A DNA stretch of 63,181 bases, counting the filler, from Reticulomyxa filosa (taxonomy: Eukaryota > Protista > Foraminifera), in the NCBI GenBank assembly GCA_000512085.1. It is 18 parts of 18 records of this genome, joined end to end, with 100 filler letters (N's around TTAATTAATTAA, not from the genome) between each part and the next. Parts side by side here need not be neighbours in the genome. Positions count along the whole stretch, not along the records: positions 26,012 to 28,660 come from ASPP01024370.1; positions 28,761 to 31,909 come from ASPP01036733.1; positions 32,010 to 33,022 come from ASPP01008554.1; positions 33,123 to 37,461 come from ASPP01028387.1; positions 37,562 to 39,316 come from ASPP01001107.1; 13 more parts are not named here. One strand, 5' to 3'. This document shows positions 27,851 to 39,416 of this stretch, one piece after another; position 1 is the stretch's first letter, and the number at the start of each line of letters is the position of its first letter. Made by a program: the position numbers and the translations under genes. The notes beneath the pieces are model-generated. The model was not told the origin of the DNA. It made no database searches and saw nothing but the letters and a program-made list of their open reading frames with translations.

Positions 27851-28200
27851 TTGATTTACACTCTTTATAAGTTAATTTATAACAAACGCAAGTTCTGGAT
27901 ATCCTTGACTCCTGCCGCGAAGGTGATCTTGCTTGTCCATCACCTGTTGGAAGAGAATTCAGAGGATATATCACTAACGAACGAAAGTGTGATGACAAAT
28001 TTGCACATAGCATGTAGTTGTGGCAAGATGGAAGCGGTGAGACAAATATTGGAGCACTATTCAAGTGAAAATTTAAAAATGTGATAGAAGACAAAGAAAA
28101 CGGCTAAAACAGTTCGTATCACAATGTACAAAGGATCTTGTAGTGATGAATGAACTATTCGTAACTCGATGTTGTTGGCACATATATGATATGACACATC
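27851..28200 (+). pseudogene. Decayed ankyrin-repeat gene
   Basis: LHIACSCGKMEAVRQILE and ILDSCREGDLA in different frames, with stops. Confidence 0.55.
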
Positions 28201-28760
28201 GCCCTCATTTTCGCAAATCCTCCATACGAAGAATAAAGTTTTACTCGATATTAATTGAGATTTCAAAAGATACACCAAAACATAATTTTGTAAAACTCGA
28301 CTAGTACTATCAAGCCCGCGCAATCGCGACTCAATAACTACTTTCCATTTGCGAGAAAAGTCAATTATATGTCAGTTTTGAAAAGCTAAAAAAAGCAAAG
28401 GAAGACAAAAGCAAAAAGAGATTTAACCAAATCGTAATTTTCATTAAAATAATCTTACCACAAAAAAAACAAAAGTTTTATTTTGGATTAGACAAAAAAA
28501 AAAGTAAAAAACCAACAATAAGTAAAAACAGTAGTCAAAAATAATCATACTTTCACAATGTACAAATTTTGAAAAAAATTTAAATTTTGCAAAAAAAAAA
28601 AATTTTAGTTAACAAAAAGTTGAGTTTTCTCAAAAACTACGCAACGTAGAAGACTAATCTNNNNNNNNNNNNNNNNNNNNNNNNNNNNNNNNNNNNNNNN
28701 NNNNTTAATTAATTAANNNNNNNNNNNNNNNNNNNNNNNNNNNNNNNNNNNNNNNNNNNN

Positions 28761-30930
28761 AATTTCTTCAAGTAAATCTATGGATATATCACAACAATGC
28801 CATTTATATTTTGAAATCCATCAATCGAACATTGAACAGTAATATCCAATTATCTTTCATTCCATTTCTGTGAAAGTGTTACAAATAATTGTACACATGA
28901 CTTCCAAACACTCTTGTCACTATCTTTTAATTCATTTGCCAAAGATTTAAAAGCATCATCGAAATGTTTTCCATTTAGATTCACTGCAATTGTTCCAAGT
29001 AATTCTGAGCACCTCTTACGCAAATATTCATCTTCGTTTTTTTCGTTAAATTTGCCTATTAAGAATTCAAAGTATCATTTAATTACCTTTCATCCACTTT
29101 CACTGCAATTGTCCCAAGCAATTCTGCACATTCTTTGCGCACATCTGTATTAGCATTTCCATCATTAAATATATCCATTGAAGAGTTAAAAACTTTATCA
29201 ATTGTTGTTCACTGCATTTTTTTGCAATTTCTTTAATTAATTGAGTGCACTTGATACGAATATTTTGATGTTCATTTTTATCATTTAACTTATCCATAAA
29301 ACAATTCAATGCAATGTTTATTTGTTTTTCATCCAATTTCTGTGCAATTCCTTTAAGTAGATAAGCGTATTTATCAAATTTGTATACTGTTCACAATTTA
29401 ATTTATTAATTAAATAATTAAAAGTATTATCAAATTGTTTCTTAGACCATTTCATTGAGAGTTTTCCAATAATTTTGTGCAGGTTTCGCGATTATATTAA
29501 TCTTCCTTTTTATCGTATAATCAATTAATCAAACATTTGAAGAGATCATCTAATTGTTCTTCTTTCAATTCCATTATAAATTTTGAGTCTATCATAACAC
29601 CAATTATAAAATATAAATAACACATTGAAATGTATTATCTAACTTTTTCCTTCCAATTGTGATGAAATCGTTGCAAGTACGTGCGCACAGTAATCACAAA
29701 TTGTGATTTTTTCATCATCAGAAATACAAACATTTGATAATACACATCTAAATGAATATCTTTACCTTTGTCACCAAGTATCCATGAACAATTCAATAAC
29801 ATCATCCAATTGCTGTTCACTTAATTTCGCTATATCACACAAAGCAATTGTGCACACGGCCAAATATATTCCTTAAAACTTTGTTTGTAATATTGGACGA
29901 CAACATCTAAAGTTTCTGTTGAATACACAAATAATATAATAAATACAATCGATATCTTATTAAACCTTATTATCAAGTGTATTGAATTGTGTTTAAATTA
30001 TCTTAATTTGATTAATGGTACACAAGTGGATATCTGGATGATGCAAAGGATATTGAAAATTGAGTAAATGCCATTCCATCATTTTATTCAAAGGATCTCT
30101 AGTAAACATTAAGCCAATTCTTTCCAAAGCATAACTTTGTCTTATCAAAATGGATACAAGTAATGATCCATGGTTCAACAAGTGATTCGAGGTTGTGATG
30201 AAAGAAATGAACTATTTGTGTCTAGTCTGCAAGCATCCAAGCAATGCACAAACGGCATCATTTATGAATTGGAACAATTTGAGGTTGTGATGAATGCAAC
30301 AATTTCCAAAAATACAATATACCTGATCCTGATGGATCTTTCTTGGAAATGATATTATTATACAATATTCCATTTCCATTTCAAATATATTAAATATTTT
30401 GTCATCATTTAATCTTTTGTTTATTCCATTTAACTTCACCATATTCCATTTCATATAACTTTTCAACAATATCTCATACAATTGTGAAAGAGTCATTCCA
30501 TCCTATTTATCATTATCCGATGAAGATAATTTATTTTGTCTGATAAATAACAAAATAATCTCAAATACAATGGCGTATGACTCAATAATTTCAAACTTCG
30601 ATTATTGTTCAATTTTTTCATCAGCCATGCTTTTAAGTTTCTGTTTTTTTCAATTTCATTTGCAATTTCATCAAATCCATTTAATAATAATAACAATCCA
30701 TTCATTGAATTAATAATGCATTTGACATCACTCAAATTCCATAATCATTGGCCATAAGTATTCAATATCACTGTTACTTTCATCTTTCTTTTGATCATCA
30801 CCATTATCATTAATATGATGGAAAACATTGACAATTTTTCTCAAAGGAACATGAAATAGACATTGAAACTGGTGATTCCACATTTGATGATTTCCCCACA
30901 AATATACAATTCTTTGAGGTTTTTTTCCCT
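28761..30930 (-). pseudogene. NACHT (STAND) NTPase plus HEAT-like repeat pseudogene
   Basis: QRIVYLWGNHQMWNHQFQCLFHVPLRKI, Walker-B-like LLLLNGFDEIA, LLSHTPLYLRLFCY, then repeats such as MDEKQINIALNCFMDKLNDK; many stops and frameshifts. Confidence 0.8.
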
Positions 30931-32009
30931 GTGATTGCATGATTTAACTTTTTCCACTTAACCGTTATGAAAAAACTAGGAGGAAGAGACGCTTTAAGTT
31001 CTATAGAGAGTTTTTTTTTGTATTTTTTTAGAGTTTTTTGGATGTTTTTTAGAGTTTTTTAAAACTAAAATTTTTTCAGTTTGGATATTGAATTTTATTA
31101 TTTTTGAGTTGATTAATATCGAGCTAATTTTACCTCTTTCAAACAACAGAATGTAGAAGAAAAATATGTAAAAAATGTTGAGGTCATGTTTTTGTAGATT
31201 AAAGTGGAATTGGACGTTCCCTTAATTTTTAAATTACAAGTAAAATACTTCTATTTGTCATGCCTTTTGAGACAAAGGAAAAGTTTCATTTTGTATCGAA
31301 GTACAGTTTTATTTCAAAGGTCGTGCTCCTTGCTGGAAAAAAAATACTTTTTATTCAATTTGAGACCTGTCTGTTTACTTGAAAAATTCGATTTGATATT
31401 TGCGCCTTTTTTTTGTGGCTGAGGTCTGAAACGAGACTTATACCAAGAGTGTATAGGATTAGAGACTTGCAAGAGAGAATCAGTTGCTTGAATGGAATGA
31501 AGTAACAATTGATTAAGTAATTTTTCTTTTTTTAAAAAAGGGGACAATTTTTTTGTTGAATTTTGAAATAATATATCATAGCAATCAACATAAAAAAACT
31601 GAGCATTTGCTTGTATAAAATGCATGCAATTATTTTTCATTATATCCAATGCAAAATCCAATTGTTATAGAACAACACCATTCATTCTTCTTTTCCTTTT
31701 TATTTTCAGTCATATCTTTGCTCTATTTCAGATTTGAGTATAGATCAGGAAACTGTATGTCACTGGCTGATAAAATGACGCATTCTTTTAGTGTTGATTT
31801 CATGTTTTTTCAATCATCGTTGTTACTCATAACTAATTATTTTTTGTCGCTGTTATCTTCGTCCATGAACTTTTCCCAATCAATCTTGCATGAGGTCCCC
31901 TTTTTTATTNNNNNNNNNNNNNNNNNNNNNNNNNNNNNNNNNNNNNNNNNNNNTTAATTAATTAANNNNNNNNNNNNNNNNNNNNNNNNNNNNNNNNNNN
32001 NNNNNNNNN

Positions 32010-32041
<32 letters not shown>

Positions 32042-32729
32042 GCTGTTATTATTATTATTACTATTATTGTTATTACTATTACCGCTATTCAACAAATCGC
32101 CTATCTCATCGTATGTATAGATATTTTCATTTTCACTATCTCGTAATCGTAAGTGACTTATGTATTCACATATTTCCTCTTCTGTGCTCTGTCCCAGTTA
32201 AAACCCAGTCAAAAATCTAATCACATTATATTTCTTTTTTTTTGCCCATAAGTTGAAAGAAAATGTAGGGGTTTTTCAAAAAAAAAAAGGGACCAAAAAA
32301 TACGTACACCTTACCTGCCGAGTGACAAAGGGCATTGTATTATAAAAAAAAGAATACATTTGCGAAGGTATTTGAACGTTGTTGTAGCCTCCAGAACCAC
32401 TCCGCGGTTTGCTATGGTTTGGAGTGATGCTATAAGTTGATCCATTTTGAGGAAGCTTGTCAATAATGTGTGGAGACAACCGAATTATTTCAGGACGTGA
32501 CACGGTTGCCATTTGTAAACTGTTTACCTTGTTTTTTTATTTTTCTCCAAAATATTTTCTTCTTGTTCTTTTAAGGTTGTTTTGTTACTGCTCGCTTATT
32601 TATTGTAATTTTTTTTGTCAAACTGAGTTTTGATAATTATCAGTGACGAAAGAAAATAAGTTTTTAATTTTTTCCTCTAGAAATTTTTTAGGAAAAAAAC
32701 AAATAAATTGTTTTGCCTCTTTATTTAAA

Positions 32730-33022
32730 TGTTTCTCCAGATGGAAAGTGTATCGTGTCAGGTTCGAGAGATAATACAGTAATATTGTTAGATGAGATTC
32801 CGAAATAGAAATGAAACAATTTTTTGTACATTCAAAAGATGTATTAAGTACACAATTTTCATCAGATGGTAAAATGATTTTATCATCATCAAGTGATAAA
32901 ACAATCAATTTATGGAATGTAGAATCAGGTAAAATATTAAAACAATTCAAAGGACATTTTAATATTGTAGCATCTCCAATGGTAAATTTATTGTATCATG
33001 TTCATTGGATAATACAATTCGA
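32730..33022 (+). pseudogene. WD40-repeat pseudogene fragment
   Basis: SPDGKCIVSGSRDNTV..., QFSSDGKMILSSSSDKTINLWNVESGKILKQFKGH, with a stop and a frameshift. Confidence 0.8.
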
Positions 33023-33122
33023 NNNNNNNNNNNNNNNNNNNNNNNNNNNNNNNNNNNNNNNNNNNNTTAATTAATTAANNNNNNNNNNNNNNNNNNNNNN
33101 NNNNNNNNNNNNNNNNNNNNNN

Positions 33123-34066
33123 TCTTTGCTTCTGTCTTTTCATCTTCACTGCTTTGCGAATCAGAATGAGGTGGATCTAATACAATTGACGGTTTTTGAG
33201 TGTTTGGTCCACGCGTAGGAACTACTGGTCCGATTGTTCCATTATGTGTACCTTTTTTTTTGAGTTCTTGTTAGATGATTCTATTAATGAATATTTCATG
33301 GATGGAGACAACAGAAAATATCACATACTTTATTATTATTTATTTAATTTTGTTGTATTTATGATTATAATGGAAATCACACAATCAAATAATAAAATAT
33401 ACCTTTGGATTCTTTCTTCTCACTGTTGTCCTCATTACTGGAAAAAGAAGAAGAGGAAGGACATGAGTAGTATCCTTTCTCTTCTTTATCATCCTCGCGC
33501 TGGGTTAGCATAAAATTCTCAAGCGCAGAAGAAAGCGTTTTTTCTCTTTCCCAAACATATTCATTCTTGAATCCCCATTCCGAACGAACTCTTCGTTCTA
33601 TTCGTGATTTGATTGTATCCCAATGTATAAATGCGAAGCATAAATCCAATTGATACGATTGATACAAGCCTTCACATCTCTTAAGTATTTGATCCATTGT
33701 CAGAGACAGTTGTTTATTTTTCAAATTATAAAAACATTGTTCAACAAGTGCTTTCGCTACCACATCCGGTTTGTCAGCTTTAACTACACTTTCATCTTTT
33801 GCAAGACGATTTGCCAAAAGGAAAACATCATTGGCATTTACTTTGCCGTTCCTCTTCTCTTTTGCTTCTATTGTTTTCGTTATATTGTGGCTTATGATGT
33901 TGTCATCCTAAAAAAAAACGTCTAACAAAAAAAAAAGGAGTGAACCAGAAGAACTCAAAATAAATTCGATAAATTGAGTTATTTTTCCATTGTTAACAAT
34001 CTCTAATGAACCTCCACATGCATCAGATAGATCTGTCCAATGCCTGAATTCCTTTTCCACGCTTCC
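33123..34066 (-). CDS. Hypothetical multi-exon coding region directly downstream of the OAS-like ORF (separate gene or continuation)
   Basis: Exon-like pieces SVEKEFRHWTDLSDACGGSLEI... and DDNIISHNITK...NRLAKDESVVKADKPDVVAKALVEQCFYNL...EWGFKNEYVWEREK, with TAG acceptors and T-rich introns. Confidence 0.55.
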
Positions 34067-34352
34067 TATAATATAGATACATACACTCCAGAATTCTTTT
34101 TTTTTGTTAACTCCTCATGGAGTCTTTTTTTTACTCTTCCTCCCCCTTACTCTTCTCATATCAGTAACGTATAGTAGCACTGTCCAAAGCTCTAGCATTG
34201 TCGAGATGATTTTTCAGCGTGTAATTGGAAGTATCAAAACACCCTTGTTTCGTTTTAAATTGATCGTGTGTATCGCCCGTATTGATTTGAAGACACTTGT
34301 CCTTTGTTCCATTCATAGGCAACGAACAGCTCTTCAATTTTTGCATTTGATA

Positions 34353-35210
34353 TCATTCGACAATTTTTTGAAATAATGGAGTATTGGTTTGTTGATATTG
34401 CTCTTTTAATTGATAGGATAAACCAATACAAATGAATTCCAAAGAATTGTTTGAAAGGTGGGATTTACGTTTCATTGCAATGTATTGCCATACTTTTAAA
34501 AACATTATTGCCAACTGTACGTTTTTATCCACTCTTTCTCTTATGTGGTACGCGCAGAGTAAAGACAAAGACGCATACATATTACATTTTAAAAATTTTT
34601 TCCACGGCTTACTTATTTTATCTACTTTTTCGATATGTCTTTGATGTATCGATGCTTCATCAGACAAATCATTGGCAGCAACTTTCAATTCCTCTGAAGA
34701 AAATGAATAAACGTGGACATTATTTTGAGTGTAATGAAATTGACAATACTGTCTTTTCGAAAAAGTCCAAGCTACTACAATATGATATTCCAACCCTTTC
34801 CAATTGATTTTTAATGATGATTTCGAATGTTTCAATATTTTTATTTTATTTGTGCAACGTTCTTTTCTTATTTTGTCGATGATTTGATTAATCCATTTGA
34901 GAATGTCATTGTGTTTTTTTTGGAGTGAATCAATATTATTATAATCCAAGTGTCTTTCTTTTAAATGATGTAAGAATACCAAATATCCACAAGATACATT
35001 AGGAATGGCAAGTTGTTTTTGTACACATCCAGATAATGTCACTCCATAAACACATGAAAATGGCCTTTTTTTATCGTAATATGCCGTTTCTCTGTGTTTG
35101 TCCAGTAGATTATTCACAAGGTCGTTGCCAAGCTCATAATACGATCCAGTGACTGTTAGATCTTTGAGTTTTCCTTCCAAGAAGGTTTGATAAGTCAAAT
35201 TGTCTGTCAT
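34353..35210 (-). CDS. 2'-5'-oligoadenylate synthetase (OAS)-like nucleotidyltransferase-fold protein, predicted catalytically inactive
   Basis: Motifs match OAS in order: [23 protein letters not shown] ~ [42 protein letters not shown] ~ RALSF...[39 protein letters not shown] ~ [40 protein letters not shown] ~ LPPQYALELLTV. Recognised by eye, not by search. Confidence 0.68.
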   Translation of the reverse strand: [285 protein letters not shown]

Positions 35211-35575
35211 ATTAAAAAAGAATACGAAATTTTTAAGAATTTTTTGTTTTGTTAAAAAGTTGATACACGTTTACAGCCAGCGTTTAATAAATTAATTCTA
35301 GTTGAGCACAATGCGAAGGACTTTCTTTTTTTGTGTTACTGTTTTTCTCAAAAAAGAAGTAAAACAAAAAATGATTAATTAAAAATAATCAATCGCGTAT
35401 TGCGGTAACAAGGAAAAATGGCTAATCAAAAGTAATATTGAAAACAAGCGAAACAAACCAAAATGCTGAATAATGACATCTTTCGAAATCATAAAGATTT
35501 GCAAAATCAATTATCAAGTATTCAATCGAAAATTTGGATAGTCTTTCTTAAAGAGCGTGACCATTGTAGCGTTAA

Positions 35576-35922
35576 TTTTATTTCGCTCTTTGTGTGTGGG
35601 AAAAATGAGTAAAACTAAGTGTAGTATGAAAGAACTTTAGTTCCGAAAATAAGTTTCAGTAAGAAGAAGCTAAATTAATACTGTAGAATAAGGCCATATT
35701 ATGCCTTTTAAGTGCTAAGGGAATGAGAGAGCCCCCAGCGGGTTAAAATCTTCTTCACAACACAACTCACTTTTGTCTTGTTTCTTTTACTCTTTTCTTT
35801 ATTTTGTTGCAATTATTGTTGTCCAATTTATTTCCTCTTTGCTGAAATCGATTTTTGGAACTAAGTCCCTTTCGTATTACACTTAGTCTAGCTCACTATC
35901 CCTACAAAACAAAGAAAATAAA
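35576..35922. repeat. Long imperfect inverted repeat A/A' (core arms 35595-35676 and 35825-35906)
   Basis: Manual alignment of A with the reverse complement of A' is ungapped over 82 nt with 59 identities, e.g. ACTAAGTGTAGTATGAAAG / CTTTCGTATTACACTTAGT. Confidence 0.93.
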
Positions 35923-35966
35923 GAGAAAGCAGTTATGTTTGTGAAGGAGATTTGGCCCACTGGGGG
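35732..35966. repeat. Second imperfect inverted repeat B/B' (arms 35732-~35790 and ~35911-35966), interleaved with A/A'
   Basis: CCCCCAGCGGGTTAAAATCTTCTTCACAACACAACT pairs with AGTTATGTTTGTGAAGGAGATTTGGCCCACTGGGGG. Confidence 0.92.
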
Positions 35967-38794
35967 ATCGCAAGATTGCTTTGTAGAAAAAGTTAATTTT
36001 TTTTTACAAAAAAAAATCAAAGTTTTTCATTGTCTTAACTTTAAAACTTTTAATTAAGTATTTGTCGAGCGATTACAGTGAGCTATTTTTATTAAAGCAG
36101 AAAAGATACTGTAGTGAGACTACTTACGTCACAATGGAGTCAGTATGACTCCAAATATACAAAGTTGTTTTCGTTTTTAATTTAAGTTCCAAAAACGCCT
36201 TCTTGCTTTCTTAAAACGTGCTTTTCCGCTCCAGGTCCCTACAATACTAAAGAAATTTTTAAAAACAGCAAACTTTTTTTCACTTGCGCCAAGGATTGTG
36301 ATTGATGATCACCGACACAAGTCGGTGACTCGTCAAAGTCACATAGTATTCTTTCTGCAATTAAATAGTTTCCAAACACAATTTGAGATATTTTTGAAAA
36401 CGAAAAAATTTTTTACTCAGTCTGTGTTCTTACTTGAACTTTGTGTGCCCTGGTTTTAGTTAGTTGGTAACTCTCGCTTCCTACTTGCAGTGTTTTTGCC
36501 TGAAATTGATGCTAATGTTTGTCCAGTTTCTGACTATCACTGTCCAATAAAAATTTCTTGTATTTTGCACACCTTTTTCTGTGTTGCTCACTTGACGTGC
36601 AAATACTTTTAATCATAACTTCCTTCTTGTTGCTGCAACAATCTTGTAAGCTCTTTCACGATTTTGATTCATTTTTCAGATGGCCTTCTTTTATCACATA
36701 TGATAATTTTCTCATATCCCATTTTTAAAAATTTCTTTCTGAAATTATATCAATTGCATTTATATGCCCACTATATAGGTAGTGACAAAAGTCTTGACAC
36801 CAAAATTGTGCTTTATGAATATTGTTGATTTTCTAAGTCAAAAATAAAAAAAAATTCAAACTTCATTATCAATATAAAATTTACACGGAAAGTTGTTTAT
36901 TGAAGGGATATGTAATAATGCTAACTAGATACTTCAACATCTATTAGTTTTGAAGTTTATTTTAAGTTTTTTAGTTTGAAATTGTTGAAAGAATTTTCAT
37001 TGGAAGAAAACCAAAGTTTGTGGACCCATTGGAAAAATGAAACAAAGTCCACAATTTATGATCAAAATGAAGACATCATCGAATGACAAAATGCGAAAAC
37101 AAGCAAATGACAAAAATTCAACTAATTTGACCAATTTATAGAATGTTTCGTTATCAAGTCAATTGCTGGCACAATGTAAGGACAAGTCTAAACAATATAA
37201 GATGACAGTACTACCAGAACTGGAAAAGAAAAATATTTAGAAGTAGATTCAGTAGATTCAGAAATACTTGATCGACAAGGAAAAAATTCTATGGTAGAAA
37301 ATATCAACGATATTCACGATATCATGAAAATCAAGATAAGATAACAATGCAGCACAAACGACATAATCATTATTGCAATGAAGAAGCAGAAAGTGAAAAA
37401 AAAGCAAGAAAATATAGATACAGTATGTTGCAAGAAAACTGAACGCCTAAAACGATATCTTNNNNNNNNNNNNNNNNNNNNNNNNNNNNNNNNNNNNNNN
37501 NNNNNTTAATTAATTAANNNNNNNNNNNNNNNNNNNNNNNNNNNNNNNNNNNNNNNNNNNNCAATATTCAATTATATTTTATTTTTTTGATTTGTGTATT
37601 TTTTTTCATCTTTTTGAATTTGACTGTTTTTAAAATTATATTTAATTGATTAATTTTAATAATTTTATTCAAGTCTGGCATTATTATCTTCACAAATTAT
37701 TCATTCACACATGTTGCTGTTGGCTTTTTCCACAATTATGATCTACTAAATTATACTAAATTTAACAGTACATGCTGACAACAACATTTTGTGCAGTAAA
37801 GTATATAAACAATTATATTATCATTCACCAGGCCAATCTTTGTTATCCCTTATTGTCTTTGAAAAATGTTATTCAAATATATAATTTAAAAAAACAAAAT
37901 ACAAAACATATATGTCTACACATATAATTTACGACGCTTTCGTAACTTAATACCACACATGAAAAAGTAAGTATGCTATTTGCATGCACAACTTAATAAC
38001 TATATGTGCTTTGTGCGTGGAGACAGAGTGTGTCCATTTGGCAAACTGTTAAAGATAGACCGGAGAAGTCGTAAAAAAAAAGAGTGGGGGAGACGCACGT
38101 TCATCACGCTCAAACATGTGATATATTGCAAAGTAGTCAAACTATTGGCATAAAATGTCATATGTGTTATGGTGAATTGATGTTACATGACCAATTCTCT
38201 TTGTTTGGTAACACTTCCATAATTACATACAAAAGTTAAATGTATTTTGAATAGTAAGAGTGCTTTCCATTCGATTCCGGAACAGTGATTGAACATTCAT
38301 TGAACGAAGTGATCACTTATTGCTTAATTTATCAAACATACAATCTTTTTTTTTACACGATGATTGTAAAGAGAATGTTGATGCGTGCTGCAGAACAAGT
38401 AGACAGTCCATTTTCCCATTCACTATGGTATTGTGGTTGATGCTACCGCAATGGCGAATGTTCAGCTTTCTTGTCACTTTGTTTTTGTTTTGATTAGACT
38501 CAATTTGTAGTTCTATTTCTTTATTACATTTTTCATGATCACAGCATTCTTCTCTTTTTCACAAAGTAAAAAATTTAATTATATTTTTATTGATAATATA
38601 CATGTATTATACATATATTTCTTGATTCCAGACTATTTTGTTAATATACTTCAAAACAGATGTTATTTTGATATTACGGTAATTAAGACGAGATAAGATA
38701 GTTGTATCGGGCGGAAAACTATCAGTGATCTTCTTCACGTAAAGAAAAAAAGGAGTTGACCCAAGAAAAAAATCAACAAAACTTTGTCATAAAA

Positions 38795-39278
38795 ATGGCA
38801 AATATTATTTTTACCACAGGTCAAGAAGGAGAAGCATCAGAGGAAGGTTCCTCTTCAATTGGCGCAAATGTGAATTTGCAATCGTTACAAAGTCGATATA
38901 ACTTGGACCCAAAAGACAGAGAACTACTAGCAAAATTTGTGGAAGAATATGAGTCACTAAAAGCCCAAATGAAACCGCCACAGCCATCGAAGCCAGTGGT
39001 AATAACAGTGGAAGAGCATGAAAAAATGGAGGAAATGGAAAACGTGACAAAACAGCTAGACCGACAAAAAGAAGAGGTAAAAAAACGACAGAAGAAATCG
39101 GAGTGAACGCGGAGCAGTGTTTACGTGCAATCGATGCTTCAATCCATGAACTAATTAAACTGATTAACCATCGAAAACAAATATTGATTGAGCAAGTCAA
39201 ACAAATTGAACATCAAAAGACTACTTACTGCAAAGATCAAATTGACCAGATCCAAGCTTTGCAAACAAATATTCAAAA

Positions 39279-39280
<2 letters not shown>
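38795..39280 (+). CDS. 5' part of a coiled-coil protein (TRIM/B-box-associated coiled-coil-like), frameshifted near 39085
   Basis: MANIIFTTGQ...; NAEQCLRAIDASIHELIKLINHRKQILIEQVKQIEHQK heptads; truncated at contig end. Confidence 0.55.
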
Positions 39281-39316
<36 letters not shown>

Positions 39317-39416
39317 NNNNNNNNNNNNNNNNNNNNNNNNNNNNNNNNNNNNNNNNNNNNTTAATTAATTAANNNNNNNNNNNNNNNNNNNNNNNNNNNN
39401 NNNNNNNNNNNNNNNN

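Larger units (their letters stand above)
35570..36345 (+). ncRNA. Candidate large structured non-coding RNA (unknown family)
   Basis: No ORF. Two long helices plus at least five further hairpins; isolated mismatches inside stems are mostly G-U compatible on the + strand. Transcription is not shown. Confidence 0.5.

Noticed and set aside
34353-34355. Genome-wide TGA reassignment
   Set aside because: Other genes use TGG for Trp and end at TGA (e.g. 57320), so the standard code fits.
35570-36345. Telomerase RNA, RNase P/MRP, SRP, rRNA or Fanzor omegaRNA identity for the structured region
   Set aside because: No telomere-template repeat, P4 consensus, SRP motif or TnpB/Fanzor ORF is recognisable; left as unknown.
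36400-36730. Coding-like remnant on the - strand upstream of the structured region
   Set aside because: Stops in all frames and no recognisable family; cannot be supported as a gene or transposase.
37960-38470. Possible PLAC8-like remnant (SEWENGLSTC) on the - strand
   Set aside because: Only one short motif; surrounding frames are closed.
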